IMG/VR virus record: IMGVR_UViG_3300034012_003212
Span: 186,001 to 250,000 of that record
Direction: 5' to 3' (one strand)
DNA: 64,000 bases
In this document: piece after piece, positions 16,942 to 26,572 of the stretch
How positions within the stretch are numbered: position 1 is the stretch's first letter
Layout: every line of letters starts with the position of its first letter
Made by a program: the position numbers and the translations under genes
Notes under the pieces: model-generated
The model's input: the letters and a program-made list of their open reading frames with translations, nothing else
Told to the model about the DNA's origin: nothing
Database searches by the model: none

Positions 16942-17460
16942 ATGATAGAAATAAATGTAAGAAAAGAAACGTTAGTGTACCTTAGAGAGTGTTCCAAAGA
17001 GGCTTTGGATTCATTTGGGTCCCTTGAGGCCCTTAAGGTGAATGGGCATTTGGATCTCTATTATTGCACTGGGCTCAAGAAGCTGCCTGATGGCCTAATG
17101 GTGAATGGGGATCTGAATCTCTATGGCTGCACAGGACTCACGAAGCTGCCTGATGATCTTAAGGTTGGAAAGCATCTGATTCTATGGAGTTGCCCGGGGC
17201 TCACAGAGCTGCCTGATGATCTCAAGGTGAATGGGAGTCTGAATATATGGAATTGCACGGGCCTCACGAAGCTGCCTGAAGGGCTCAAGGTTGAAGGGAC
17301 TCTGGATCTATGGTATTGCACAGGGATCACGAAGCTGCCTGAAGATCTTCAGGTGGAAGGATTCATATATTATAATGAAGGCACAGGGTTCTATGGACAT
17401 ATGGATGAGCCTGGCGTTATCCCTAACCACCTGAAGAACAAGTTGAAGAAACGTAAATAA
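16942..17460 (+). CDS. capped LRR protein, 5 repeats
   Basis: N-cap, 21-aa LRRs, C-cap. Confidence 0.9.
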   Translation: MIEINVRKETLVYLRECSKEALDSFGSLEALKVNGHLDLYYCTGLKKLPDGLMVNGDLNLYGCTGLTKLPDDLKVGKHLILWSCPGLTELPDDLKVNGSLNIWNCTGLTKLPEGLKVEGTLDLWYCTGITKLPEDLQVEGFIYYNEGTGFYGHMDEPGVIPNHLKNKLKKRK

Positions 17461-17476
17461 GACTTTAAAATAGAAA

Positions 17477-17878
17477 GTGAATATGATGGAAATAGAGGTA
17501 GATGTAGAAACGAGTGTGGTCCTCCGAAGGTGTTCCCAAGAGGCTTTGGATTCATTTGGGTCTCTTGAGGCCGTCAAGGTTAATGGGGATTTGGGTCTGC
17601 ACCGTTGCACAGGGCTCACGGAGCTGCCTGATGATCTCAAGGTGGATGGGTATTTGAGTCTATATGGTTGCCCGGGGATCAAGAAGCTTCCTGGGGGCCT
17701 CAGTGTGAATGGGGACCTGGATCTAGGTCATTGTCCAGGGATCAAGGATCTTCCTGAAGATCTTCAGGTGGAAGGAAGCATATATTATAATTCAAAGACA
17801 GGGTTCTCTGGCCATGAGGACGAGCCTGGCGTGATCCCTGATCATCTGAAGAACAAATTGGAAAAATATGGTAGATGA
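17477..17878 (+). CDS. capped LRR protein, 3 repeats
   Basis: N-cap, 21-aa LRRs, C-cap. Confidence 0.9.
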   Translation: MNMMEIEVDVETSVVLRRCSQEALDSFGSLEAVKVNGDLGLHRCTGLTELPDDLKVDGYLSLYGCPGIKKLPGGLSVNGDLDLGHCPGIKDLPEDLQVEGSIYYNSKTGFSGHEDEPGVIPDHLKNKLEKYGR

Positions 17879-17900
17879 GATTCCAAAATAGAAACTGAAC

Positions 17901-18290
17901 ATGACAGAAATAAAGGTAAAAGAAAAAACACTAGTGAAACTTAGTTGGTGTTCTCAGGAGGCTTTGGATTCATTTGGGTCCCTTGAGGCCCTTAAGGTGA
18001 ATGGGGGGCTGAGTCTCTATTATTGTGTAGGCATCAAGAAGCTGCCTGATGATCTCAAGGTGAATGGATATTTGAATCTCACCAATTGCGCAGGGCTCAC
18101 AGAGCTGCCTGATGGACTCCATGTGAAAGTTAGTGTGATTCTTTATGGTTGCTTAGGGATCACGAAGCTGCCTGATGACCTTCATGTGGGAGAAGAGATC
18201 TGGTATAATTCATACACGGGGTTCTACGGCCGTGTGCATGTGCCCGGTGTGATCCCTAAGCACCTGAAGCGCAAGTTGAAGAAATTTTAA
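17901..18290 (+). CDS. capped LRR protein, 3 repeats
   Basis: N-cap, 21-aa LRRs, C-cap. Confidence 0.9.
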   Translation: MTEIKVKEKTLVKLSWCSQEALDSFGSLEALKVNGGLSLYYCVGIKKLPDDLKVNGYLNLTNCAGLTELPDGLHVKVSVILYGCLGITKLPDDLHVGEEIWYNSYTGFYGRVHVPGVIPKHLKRKLKKF

Positions 18291-18314
18291 GAGATTCCAA
18301 AATAGAAACTGAAT

Positions 18315-18734
18315 ATGAGAAAGAAGAAGATAAAGATACAAGAGAAAACAATAGTGCACCTCTGGAATTGTTCCCAAGAGGCTTTGGATTCATTTGGGTC
18401 CCTTGAGGCCGTCAAGGTGAATGGCGATCTGCGTCTCAATTATTGCACAGGGATCACGAAGCTGCCTGATGGACTCAAGGTGAATGGGTATTTGAGTCTT
18501 ATTGGCTGCACAGGACTCACGAAGTTGCCTGATGGCCTCAAGGTGGATGGGAATTTGAATCTCTTTATGTGTACAGGACTCGCGAAGCTGCCTGAAGATC
18601 TTCAGGTGGAAGGAGTCATATATTATGATTCAGACACGGGGTTCTCTGGCCATGAGCATGAACCTGGTGTGATCCCTACAAGGCTGAAGCACAAGTTGAA
18701 GAAATGGGAGATGAGATTCCAAAATAGAAACTGA
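18315..18734 (+). CDS. capped LRR protein, 3 repeats, read-through tail
   Basis: GAG where siblings have TAG extends ORF through spacer (EMRFQNRN). Confidence 0.9.
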   Translation: MRKKKIKIQEKTIVHLWNCSQEALDSFGSLEAVKVNGDLRLNYCTGITKLPDGLKVNGYLSLIGCTGLTKLPDGLKVDGNLNLFMCTGLAKLPEDLQVEGVIYYDSDTGFSGHEHEPGVIPTRLKHKLKKWEMRFQNRN

Positions 18735-18736
18735 AT

Positions 18737-19126
18737 ATGATAGAAATAGAGGTAAAAGAAAAAACGACAGTGAACCTTCAATGGTGTTCCCAAGAGGCTT
18801 TGGATTCATTTGGGTCCCTTGAGGCCGTCAAGGTGAATGGGGATCTGGGTCTATGGGATTGCAGGGGCCTCACTAAGCTGCCTGATGGACTCAAGGTGAA
18901 TGGGTATTTGAATCTTATTGACTGCACAGGGATCGCAAGACTTCCTAATGGTCTCATTGTGGGAGGGTATCTGCAACTTTATGGTTGCACAGGGATCACG
19001 AAGCTTCCTGATGACCTTCATGTGGAAGAAAAGATCTTGTATGATTCGGACACAGGGTTCTCTGGCCATGAGGACGAGCCCGGTGTGATTCCTAAGCACC
19101 TGAAGCGCAAGTTGAGGAAATATTAA
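18737..19126 (+). CDS. capped LRR protein, 3 repeats
   Basis: N-cap, 21-aa LRRs, C-cap. Confidence 0.9.
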   Translation: MIEIEVKEKTTVNLQWCSQEALDSFGSLEAVKVNGDLGLWDCRGLTKLPDGLKVNGYLNLIDCTGIARLPNGLIVGGYLQLYGCTGITKLPDDLHVEEKILYDSDTGFSGHEDEPGVIPKHLKRKLRKY

Positions 19127-19151
19127 AGGGATTCCAAAATAGAAACTGAAT

Positions 19152-19607
19152 ATGATAGAAATAGAAGTAAAACTAGAAACGAAGGTGGACCTTAGTGAGT
19201 GTTCCCAAGAGGCTTTGGATTCATTTGGGTCCCTTGAGGCCGTCAAGGTGGATCGGTATTTGATTTTTAGGAATTGTCCAGGGCTCACGAAGCTGCCTGA
19301 TGGACTCAAGGTGAATGGGCAATTGAATCTACGTTGGTGCACAGGGCTCACGAAGCTGCCCAAAGATCTTAAGGTTGGAAGCCATCTGGATCTCTATGGC
19401 TGCACAGGACTCACGAAGCTGCCCGATGGACTCCATGTGCAAGGGGGTGTGATTCTTTATGGTTGCTTAGGGATCACGAAGCTGCCTGATGACCTTCATG
19501 TGGGAGAAGAGATCTATTATGATTCGGACACAGGGTTCTATGGCCGTGTGCATGTGCCCGGTGTGATCCCTGAGAGGCTGAAGCACAAATTGAAGAAATG
19601 GGATTGA
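19152..19607 (+). CDS. capped LRR protein, 4 repeats
   Basis: Close paralog of 12346..12801. Confidence 0.9.
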   Translation: MIEIEVKLETKVDLSECSQEALDSFGSLEAVKVDRYLIFRNCPGLTKLPDGLKVNGQLNLRWCTGLTKLPKDLKVGSHLDLYGCTGLTKLPDGLHVQGGVILYGCLGITKLPDDLHVGEEIYYDSDTGFYGRVHVPGVIPERLKHKLKKWD

Positions 19608-19627
19608 TTCCAAAATAGAAACTGAAT

Positions 19628-19954
19628 ATGATGGAAATAGAGGTAAGAAAAGAAACGACGGTGGACCTTGAGTATTGTTCCCAAGAGGCTTTGGATTCAT
19701 TTGGGTCCCTTGAGGCTGTTGGGGTGAATGGGCATTTGTTTCTTGATGGATGCCGAGGGCTCACGGAGCTGCCTGATGGCCTCAAGGTGGATGGGCATTT
19801 GTTTCTCAATTATTGCACAGGGATCACGAAGCTGCCTGAAGATCTTCAGGTGGAAGGATTCATATATTATAATTCAGAGATAGGGTTCTATGGCCATGAG
19901 GATGAACCTGGCGTGATTCCTAAGCACCTGAAGCGCAAGTTGAGGAAATATTAA
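19628..19954 (+). CDS. capped LRR protein, 2 repeats
   Basis: Minimal unit, 108 aa. Confidence 0.9.
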   Translation: MMEIEVRKETTVDLEYCSQEALDSFGSLEAVGVNGHLFLDGCRGLTELPDGLKVDGHLFLNYCTGITKLPEDLQVEGFIYYNSEIGFYGHEDEPGVIPKHLKRKLRKY

Positions 19955-19979
19955 AGGGATTCCAAAATAGAAACTGAAT

Positions 19980-20399
19980 ATGATAGAAATAAAGGTAAGA
20001 AAAGAAACGACGGTGCATCTCTGGAATTGTTCCCAAGAGGCTTTGGATTCATTTGGGTCCCTTGAGGCCCTCAAGGTGAATGGCGATCTGAATCTCTTTA
20101 GGTGCAAAAGACTCACGAAGCTGCCTGACGTCCTCAAGGTGAATGGGGGGCTGAGTCTCAGAAATTGCGCAGGACTCGCGAGTCTGCCTGATGGCCTCAA
20201 GGTGGATGGGCATTTGGATCTCTATGGTTGCTCAGGGATCACGAAGCTGCCTGGCGACCTTCATACGGGAGAAGAGATCTGGTATAATTCAGAGACAGGG
20301 TTCTATGGTCATGAGGATGAGCCCGGTGTGATCCCTGAGAGGCTGAAGCACAAGTTGAAGAAATGGGAGATGAGATTCCAAAATAGAAACCGAATATGA
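19980..20399 (+). CDS. capped LRR protein, 3 repeats, read-through tail
   Basis: Ends EMRFQNRNRI overlapping next start. Confidence 0.9.
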   Translation: MIEIKVRKETTVHLWNCSQEALDSFGSLEALKVNGDLNLFRCKRLTKLPDVLKVNGGLSLRNCAGLASLPDGLKVDGHLDLYGCSGITKLPGDLHTGEEIWYNSETGFYGHEDEPGVIPERLKHKLKKWEMRFQNRNRI

Positions 20400-20725
20400 T
20401 AGAAATAGAGCTACAAAGAGACGCGACAGTGGACCTTATGAAGTGTTCCCAAGAGGCTTTGGATTCATTTGGGTCCCTTGAGGCCGTCAAGGTTAATGGG
20501 GATTTGAATCTGCACCGTTGCACAGGACTCACGAAGCTGCCTGAGGGCCTAATGGTGAATAAGGATTTGTTTCTCAATTATTGCACAGGGATCACGAAGC
20601 TGCCTGAAGATCTTAATGTATATGGAGACATCTGGTATAATTATTGCACAGGGTTCTGTGGCCACGAGGATGAACCTGGAGTGATCCCTGAGAGCCTGAA
20701 GCACAATTTATATAAATTCTCCTGA
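20396..20725 (+). CDS. capped LRR protein, 2 repeats
   Basis: Minimal unit, 109 aa. Confidence 0.9.
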   Translation: MIEIELQRDATVDLMKCSQEALDSFGSLEAVKVNGDLNLHRCTGLTKLPEGLMVNKDLFLNYCTGITKLPEDLNVYGDIWYNYCTGFCGHEDEPGVIPESLKHNLYKFS

Positions 20726-20773
20726 AGTGCAATTTATATAAATTCTAGAGAGATTCCAAAATAGAAACTGAAT

Positions 20774-21163
20774 ATGATAGAAATAAAGGTAAAAGAAAAA
20801 ACGACAGTGTACCTTAGATATTGTTCCCAAGAGGCTTTGGATTCATTTGGGTCCATTGAGTCCCCTAAGGTGGATGGGGATCTGGTTCTATGGCAACACA
20901 CAGGGATAAAGAAGCTGCCTGATGATCTCAGGGTGGCTGGGTATTTGAGTATCAGAAATTGCACAGGGCTCACGGAGCTGCCTGATGATCTCAAGGTGAA
21001 TGGCGGAATGAGTCTCATTGGTTGCTCAGGGATCACGAAGCTACCTGAGGGCATTCATGTGGAAGGAGAGATCTTGTATAATTCAAAGACGGGGTTCTGT
21101 GGCCATGAGGATGAGCCCGGTGTGATCCCTGACAGACTGAAACACAAATTGGAAGAATTGTAG
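20774..21163 (+). CDS. capped LRR protein, 3 repeats
   Basis: N-cap, 21-aa LRRs, C-cap. Confidence 0.9.
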   Translation: MIEIKVKEKTTVYLRYCSQEALDSFGSIESPKVDGDLVLWQHTGIKKLPDDLRVAGYLSIRNCTGLTELPDDLKVNGGMSLIGCSGITKLPEGIHVEGEILYNSKTGFCGHEDEPGVIPDRLKHKLEEL

Positions 21164-21189
21164 ATGAGATTCCAAAATAAAAACAGAAC

Positions 21190-21702
21190 ATGATAGAAAT
21201 AAAGGTGAGAAAAATAACGAGGGTAGTCCTCCGCAGGTGTTCCCAGGAGGCTTTGGATTCATTTGGGTCCCTCAGAGCCCTCAAGGTGAATGGGGATCTG
21301 GATCTAACATGGCACGAAGGGCTCATAGAGTTGCCCGAGGGACTCATAGTTGCAGGGGATCTGGATCTATGGGGTTGTACACTGCTCACAGAGCTGCCTG
21401 AGGGTCTCACTGTAGGAGGGAGTATGGATCTAGACGGTTGCATAGGGCTCACAGAGCTGCCTGAGGGTCTCACTGTAGGAGGGAGTATGGATCTAGAAGG
21501 TTGCATAGGGCTCACAGAGCTGCCTGAGGGTCTCACAGTTGCAGGAAATCTCGATCTCCGAGGTTGTGAAGGAATAACAATGCTGCCCGAAGATCTTCAT
21601 CTAGGAGGAGGCATCTGGTATAACTCAGAGACGGGGTTCTGTGATCAAGAGCATGAACCTGGTGTGATCCCTAAGCACCTGAAGGGTAAGTTGTGGAAAT
21701 AA
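21190..21702 (+). CDS. capped LRR protein, 5 repeats
   Basis: Contains near-perfect 63-bp tandem duplication. Confidence 0.9.
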   Translation: MIEIKVRKITRVVLRRCSQEALDSFGSLRALKVNGDLDLTWHEGLIELPEGLIVAGDLDLWGCTLLTELPEGLTVGGSMDLDGCIGLTELPEGLTVGGSMDLEGCIGLTELPEGLTVAGNLDLRGCEGITMLPEDLHLGGGIWYNSETGFCDQEHEPGVIPKHLKGKLWK

Positions 21703-21724
21703 GATAATAAAATAGAAACTGGGT

Positions 21725-22177
21725 ATGATAGAAATAAAGGTAAGAAAAGAAACGAGGGTAGTCCTCCGCAGGTGTTCCCAGGAGGCTTTGGATTCATTTG
21801 GGTCCCTCAGAGCCCTCAAGGTGAATGGGGATCTGGATCTAATGTATTGCGCAGGGCACATTAAGTTTCCTGATAATCTCATAGTTGCAGGGGATCTGGA
21901 TCTATGGAGTTGCCTAGGACTCACTGAGCTGCCTGATGGCCTCAATGTGGATGGGAGTCTGGATCTATATAATTGCGCAAAACTCACAAGACTTCCTGAT
22001 GGCCTTGTGGTAATGGGGCGGTTGGATCTTAGGTATTGTGCAGGAATAACAATGCTGCCTGAAGATCTTCAGGTGGAAGGAATCATATATTATAATTCAG
22101 AGACAGGGTTCTATGGTCATGAGGATGAGCTTGGTGTGATCCCTGATCATTTGAAGAACAAGTTGATGAAATTTTAA
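21725..22177 (+). CDS. capped LRR protein, 4 repeats
   Basis: N-cap, 21-aa LRRs, C-cap. Confidence 0.9.
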   Translation: MIEIKVRKETRVVLRRCSQEALDSFGSLRALKVNGDLDLMYCAGHIKFPDNLIVAGDLDLWSCLGLTELPDGLNVDGSLDLYNCAKLTRLPDGLVVMGRLDLRYCAGITMLPEDLQVEGIIYYNSETGFYGHEDELGVIPDHLKNKLMKF

Positions 22178-22201
22178 GAGATTCCAAAATAGAAACTGAA
22201 T

Positions 22202-22594
22202 ATGATAGAAATAAATGTAAGAAAAGAAACGGTAGTGAAACTTTATAAGTGTTCCCAAGAGGCTTTGGATTCATTTGGGTCCCTCAGAGCCCTCAAGGTG
22301 AATGGGGATCTGAGTATATGGCATTGTCCAGGGCTCACGGAGCTGCCTGATGGACTCAAGGTGAATGGGTATTTGTATCTTAATGGATGCACAGGTCTCA
22401 TGAGTCTGCCTGATGGCCTTACTGTGGGAGGGAACCTGAGTCTCTATTATTGCGCAGGACTCAAGAAGCTCCCGAAGGGACTCACAGTTTTTGGTGTCAT
22501 ACGGTATACCTCAGGGACGGGATTCTATGGCCATGAGGATGAGCCTGGGGTGATTCCTGAGGGCCTGAAGCATAAGTTGAAAAAAATGGTTTAA
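22202..22594 (+). CDS. capped LRR protein, 3 repeats
   Basis: N-cap, 21-aa LRRs, C-cap. Confidence 0.9.
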   Translation: MIEINVRKETVVKLYKCSQEALDSFGSLRALKVNGDLSIWHCPGLTELPDGLKVNGYLYLNGCTGLMSLPDGLTVGGNLSLYYCAGLKKLPKGLTVFGVIRYTSGTGFYGHEDEPGVIPEGLKHKLKKMV

Positions 22595-22601
22595 ATAGAA
22601 T

Positions 22602-23129
22602 TTGAATATGATAGAAATAGAGGTAAGAAAAGAAACGAGGGTGGAACTTCGAAGGTGTTCCCAGGAGGCTTTGGATTCATTTGGGTCCCTTGAGGCTGTC
22701 AAGGTGAATGGGGATCTGGGTCTATTGTATTGCACGGGGATCACGAAGCTCCCTGGCGCCGTCAAGGTCACAGGGTCCCTGGATCTTAGGTATTGCACGG
22801 GCCTCACAAAGTTGCCTGATGGTCTAAAGGCGGGAGGCCATCTGTATCTACGGAATTGCACAGGACTCACAGGGCTGCCTGATGATCTTATGGTGAATGG
22901 GGATTTGACTCTCAATCATTGCATAAAGCTCACAGGACTGCCTGATGGTCTCAAGGTGAATGGGTATTTGAGTCTATGGAATTGCACAAGACTCAAAGAG
23001 CTTCCTGATGACCTTCATGTGGGAGAAGAGATCTGGTATAATTCAAAGACAGGATTCTATGGACATATGCACGAGCCTGGTGTGATTCCTGATGCCCTGA
23101 AGCGCAAGTTGAGGAAAAATGGTAGATGA
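22602..23129 (+). CDS. capped LRR protein, 5 repeats
   Basis: N-cap, 21-aa LRRs, C-cap. Confidence 0.9.
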   Translation: MNMIEIEVRKETRVELRRCSQEALDSFGSLEAVKVNGDLGLLYCTGITKLPGAVKVTGSLDLRYCTGLTKLPDGLKAGGHLYLRNCTGLTGLPDDLMVNGDLTLNHCIKLTGLPDGLKVNGYLSLWNCTRLKELPDDLHVGEEIWYNSKTGFYGHMHEPGVIPDALKRKLRKNGR

Positions 23130-23151
23130 GATTCCAAAATAAAAACAGAAC

Positions 23152-23541
23152 ATGATAGAAATAGAGGTAAGAAAAGAAACGAAGATGTACCTTAGTGGGT
23201 GTTCCCAAGAGGCTTTGGATTCATTTGGGTCCCTCAGGGCCCTTAAGGTGAATGGGGATTTGAATCTCCTATTTTGTGTAGGGCCCACGAAGCTGCCCGA
23301 TGGGCTCAAGGTGAATATGGGTTTGAATCTTATTGGCTGCACAGGGCTCACGAAGCTGCCTGATGGACTCACTGTTGGAATGAATTTGTTTCTCTATGGT
23401 TGCTCAGGGATCACGAAGCTGCCTGAAGATCTTCAGGTGGAAGGAAGAATATATTATAATTCAGAGACAGGGTTCTATGGTCATGAGGATGAGCTTGGTG
23501 TGATCCCTGAGAGGCTGAAACACAAGTTGGAAAAATGGTAG
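23152..23541 (+). CDS. capped LRR protein, 3 repeats
   Basis: N-cap, 21-aa LRRs, C-cap. Confidence 0.9.
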   Translation: MIEIEVRKETKMYLSGCSQEALDSFGSLRALKVNGDLNLLFCVGPTKLPDGLKVNMGLNLIGCTGLTKLPDGLTVGMNLFLYGCSGITKLPEDLQVEGRIYYNSETGFYGHEDELGVIPERLKHKLEKW

Positions 23542-23567
23542 ATGAGATTCCAAAATAAAAACTGAAT

Positions 23568-23957
23568 ATGATAGAAATAGATGTAGAAGAAGAAACAATA
23601 GTGGTCCTTAGATATTGTTCCCAAGAGGCTTTGGATTCATTGGGAACGCTTGACGTCCTCAAGGTGAACGGGGGGTTGTTTCTCTATAGTTGCACAGGGC
23701 TCACTGAGCTGCCTGATGATCTTAAGGTGAATGGGAGTCTGAATCTATATAATTCCGAAGAACTCACAAGACTTCCTGATGGCCTTAGGGTAGCGGGGCG
23801 GTTGGATCTTAGGTATTGTGCAGGAATAACAATGCTGCCTGAAGATCTCAATGTAGATGGAGGCATCTGGTATAATTCAGAAACAGGGTTCTTTGACCGT
23901 AAGGATGAACCTGGTGTGATCCCTGATCATTTGAAGAACAAGTTGATGAAATTTTAA
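23568..23957 (+). CDS. capped LRR protein, 3 repeats
   Basis: N-cap, 21-aa LRRs, C-cap. Confidence 0.9.
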   Translation: MIEIDVEEETIVVLRYCSQEALDSLGTLDVLKVNGGLFLYSCTGLTELPDDLKVNGSLNLYNSEELTRLPDGLRVAGRLDLRYCAGITMLPEDLNVDGGIWYNSETGFFDRKDEPGVIPDHLKNKLMKF

Positions 23958-23981
23958 GAGATTCCAAAATAGAAACTGAAT

Positions 23982-24371
23982 ATGATAGAAATAAATGTAA
24001 AACCAAGCACGCATGTGCAACTTCGATGGTGTTCCCAGGCGGCTTTAGATTCTCTGGGAATGCTTGACACACTCAGGGTGGATGGGGATTTAAATTTCTA
24101 TACTTGCAGAGGACTTACAGGGCTATCTGATGATATAAATGTGAAAGGGACTCTGAATCTCAGTTTCTGCACAGGGCTTACAGAGCTTCCTGATGGTCTC
24201 ACTGTGAAATGGGGCCTGGCTCTTTTTGGTTGCAAAGGGATCACGAAGCTGCCTGAAGATCTTCAGGTGGAAGGAGTCATATATTATAATGAAGGCACAG
24301 GGTTCTATGGACATATGGATGAGCCTGGCGTGATCCCTAACCACCTGAAGAACAAGTTGAAGAAATTTTAA
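23982..24371 (+). CDS. capped LRR protein, 3 repeats
   Basis: N-cap, 21-aa LRRs, C-cap. Confidence 0.9.
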   Translation: MIEINVKPSTHVQLRWCSQAALDSLGMLDTLRVDGDLNFYTCRGLTGLSDDINVKGTLNLSFCTGLTELPDGLTVKWGLALFGCKGITKLPEDLQVEGVIYYNEGTGFYGHMDEPGVIPNHLKNKLKKF

Positions 24372-24395
24372 GAGATTCCAAAATAGAAACTAGAC

Positions 24396-24851
24396 ATGAG
24401 AAAGAAGAAGATTAAAGTACAAGAAAAAACGAGTGTGGACATTCGAAGGTGTTCACAAGAGGCTTTGGATTCATTTGGGTCCCTCAGCGCCCTCAAGGTG
24501 AATGGGGATCTGTTTCTAGACTGGCGCGAAATGCCCGCTAAGCTGCCTGATGATCTCATAGTTAGAGGAGGTGCGCATCTTAGTAGATGCAGAAGGCTCA
24601 TAGAGCTTCCTATGGGTCTAATTGTGGGAGAGCATCTGGATCTAAGATGGTGCGAAAGACTCACAGAGCTGCCTAATGATCTAATTGTAGGAGAGAATCT
24701 ATATCTCTATGGCTGTGTGGAGATCAAAAAGCTCCCTGGAGATCTTACAGTTTGTGGAGACATCTACTATGATTCAGAGACAGGGTTCTATGGTCGTGTG
24801 GATGAACCTGATGTGATCCCTAAGCACCTGAAGGGTAAATTGTGGAGATAA
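24396..24851 (+). CDS. capped LRR protein, 4 repeats
   Basis: N-cap, 21-aa LRRs, C-cap. Confidence 0.9.
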   Translation: MRKKKIKVQEKTSVDIRRCSQEALDSFGSLSALKVNGDLFLDWREMPAKLPDDLIVRGGAHLSRCRRLIELPMGLIVGEHLDLRWCERLTELPNDLIVGENLYLYGCVEIKKLPGDLTVCGDIYYDSETGFYGRVDEPDVIPKHLKGKLWR

Positions 24852-24873
24852 GATAATAAAATATGAACTGGGT

Positions 24874-25275
24874 ATGAGAAAGAAGAAGATAAAGATAAAG
24901 GTAAGAAAAGAAACGAAGGTGTACCTTAGTGGGTGTTCTCAGGAAGCTTTGGATTCATTTGGGTCCCTCAACGCCCTCAAGGTGGATGGGTATCTGGGTC
25001 TATGGTATTGCGCAGGGCTCAAGAAGCTGCCTGATGGACTCATGGTGGGCGGGGTTTTGAATCTCGGTTATTGCATAGGACTCACGAGGCTGCCCGATGG
25101 ACTCATTGTCGCAGGTGGGTTGAATCTCGGTCATTGCATAGGACTCACGAGTCTGCCTGATGATCTTAATGTGGGAGAAGTCATCTGGTATAATCTAAAA
25201 ACAGGGTTCTGTGGCCATGAGCATGAACCTGGCGTGATCCCTGATCATCTGAAGAACAAATTGCACAAACATTAA
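24874..25275 (+). CDS. capped LRR protein, 3 repeats
   Basis: N-cap, 21-aa LRRs, C-cap. Confidence 0.9.
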   Translation: MRKKKIKIKVRKETKVYLSGCSQEALDSFGSLNALKVDGYLGLWYCAGLKKLPDGLMVGGVLNLGYCIGLTRLPDGLIVAGGLNLGHCIGLTSLPDDLNVGEVIWYNLKTGFCGHEHEPGVIPDHLKNKLHKH

Positions 25276-25300
25276 AGAGATTCCAAAATAGAAACTGAGT

Positions 25301-25690
25301 ATGATGACGATAAAGGTAAAAGAATACACGAAGGTGGACTTTCGAAGGTGTTCCCAAGAGGCTTTGGATTCATTTGGGTCCCTTGAGGCCCTCAAGGTGG
25401 ATGGGGGTTTGTATTTGGTGGGTTGCACAGGCCTCATGAGGTTGCCTGATGGACTCAAGGTGAATAGGGGTCTGTATTTGGTGGGTTGCACAGGCCTCAC
25501 GAAGCTTCCTGATGGCCTAAATGTGAGACATAGACTGGAGGTCACATGGTGCTCAGGAATCACAAAGCTTCCCTATGATCTTCACGTGGGTGGATACATC
25601 TACTATAATTCAAAGACGGGGTTCTATGGCCATGAGGATGAACCTGGAGTGATCCCTGAGAGGCTAAAGCACAAGTTATATAAATTCTAG
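25301..25690 (+). CDS. capped LRR protein, 3 repeats
   Basis: N-cap, 21-aa LRRs, C-cap. Confidence 0.9.
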   Translation: MMTIKVKEYTKVDFRRCSQEALDSFGSLEALKVDGGLYLVGCTGLMRLPDGLKVNRGLYLVGCTGLTKLPDGLNVRHRLEVTWCSGITKLPYDLHVGGYIYYNSKTGFYGHEDEPGVIPERLKHKLYKF

Positions 25691-25715
25691 AGAGATTTCA
25701 AAATAAAAACTGAAT

Positions 25716-26108
25716 ATGATAGAAATAAATGTAGAAGGACACACGACGGTGGACCTTAGTGATTGTTCCCAAGAGGCTTTGGATTCATTGGGAACGCTTG
25801 ACACACTCAGGGTGAATGGGGGTCTGAGTTTTTTTAGGAATTGCTCAGGGCTCACAAGGCTGCCTGATGGACTCATGGTGAATGGGAATTTGAATCTCGA
25901 TCATTGCATAAGGCTCACAGGGCTTCCTGGTGGTCTCAAGGTGGATGGGCATTTGAGTCTATGGGATTGCAAGGGCCTCACGAAGCTGCCTGATGACCTT
26001 CATGTGGGAGAAGAGATCTATTATGATTCGGACACAGGGTTCTATGGCCGTGTGCATGTGCCCGGTGTGATTCCTAAGCACCTGAAGCGCAAGTTATATA
26101 AATTCTAG
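25716..26108 (+). CDS. capped LRR protein, 3 repeats
   Basis: N-cap, 21-aa LRRs, C-cap. Confidence 0.9.
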   Translation: MIEINVEGHTTVDLSDCSQEALDSLGTLDTLRVNGGLSFFRNCSGLTRLPDGLMVNGNLNLDHCIRLTGLPGGLKVDGHLSLWDCKGLTKLPDDLHVGEEIYYDSDTGFYGRVHVPGVIPKHLKRKLYKF

Positions 26109-26133
26109 AGAGATTCCAAAATAAAAACTGAAT

Positions 26134-26541
26134 ATGATAGAAATAAATGTAAGAAAAGAAACGTCGGTGAACCTTCGAAGGTGTTCCCAGGAGGCTTTGG
26201 ATTCATTGGGAACGCTTGACACACTCAGGGTGAATGGGGGGTTGTTTCTCTATAATTGCACAGGACTCACGAAGCTGCCTGAGGGACTCAAGGTGAATAG
26301 GGGTTTGTATCTTAATGGATGCGCAGGGCTCAGAGAGCTGCCTGATGGACTCACTGTTGGAATGAATTTGGTTCTCTATGGTTGCTCAGGGCTCACGAAG
26401 CTGCCTGAAGATCTTAATGTGGGAGAAGTCATCCGGTCTGATTCAAACACAGGGTTCTCTGGCCGTGTGCATGTGCCTGGTGTGATCCCTAAGCACCTGA
26501 AGGATAAGTTAAGTATCGCATGGTTATCATGGATATCATAG
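26134..26541 (+). CDS. capped LRR protein, 3 repeats, SIAWLSWIS tail
   Basis: Tail identical to 28555..28962. Confidence 0.9.
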   Translation: MIEINVRKETSVNLRRCSQEALDSLGTLDTLRVNGGLFLYNCTGLTKLPEGLKVNRGLYLNGCAGLRELPDGLTVGMNLVLYGCSGLTKLPEDLNVGEVIRSDSNTGFSGRVHVPGVIPKHLKDKLSIAWLSWIS

Positions 26542-26572
26542 TAGAGATAAGATTCCAAAATAGAAACTGAAT

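Noticed and set aside
17877-17970. Imperfect inverted match between spacer GATTCCAAA and N-cap TTTGGATTC that could hairpin over the start codon
   Set aside because: Only 8 of 9 nt across a ~75-nt loop in AT-rich DNA; plausible by chance without folding calculations.
18315-23541. TAG stop-codon reassignment (alternative genetic code), suggested by TAG/GAG variation at LRR ends
   Set aside because: Core genes give long, intact ORFs under the standard code and several end properly at TAG; no TAG-fragmented genes are seen.
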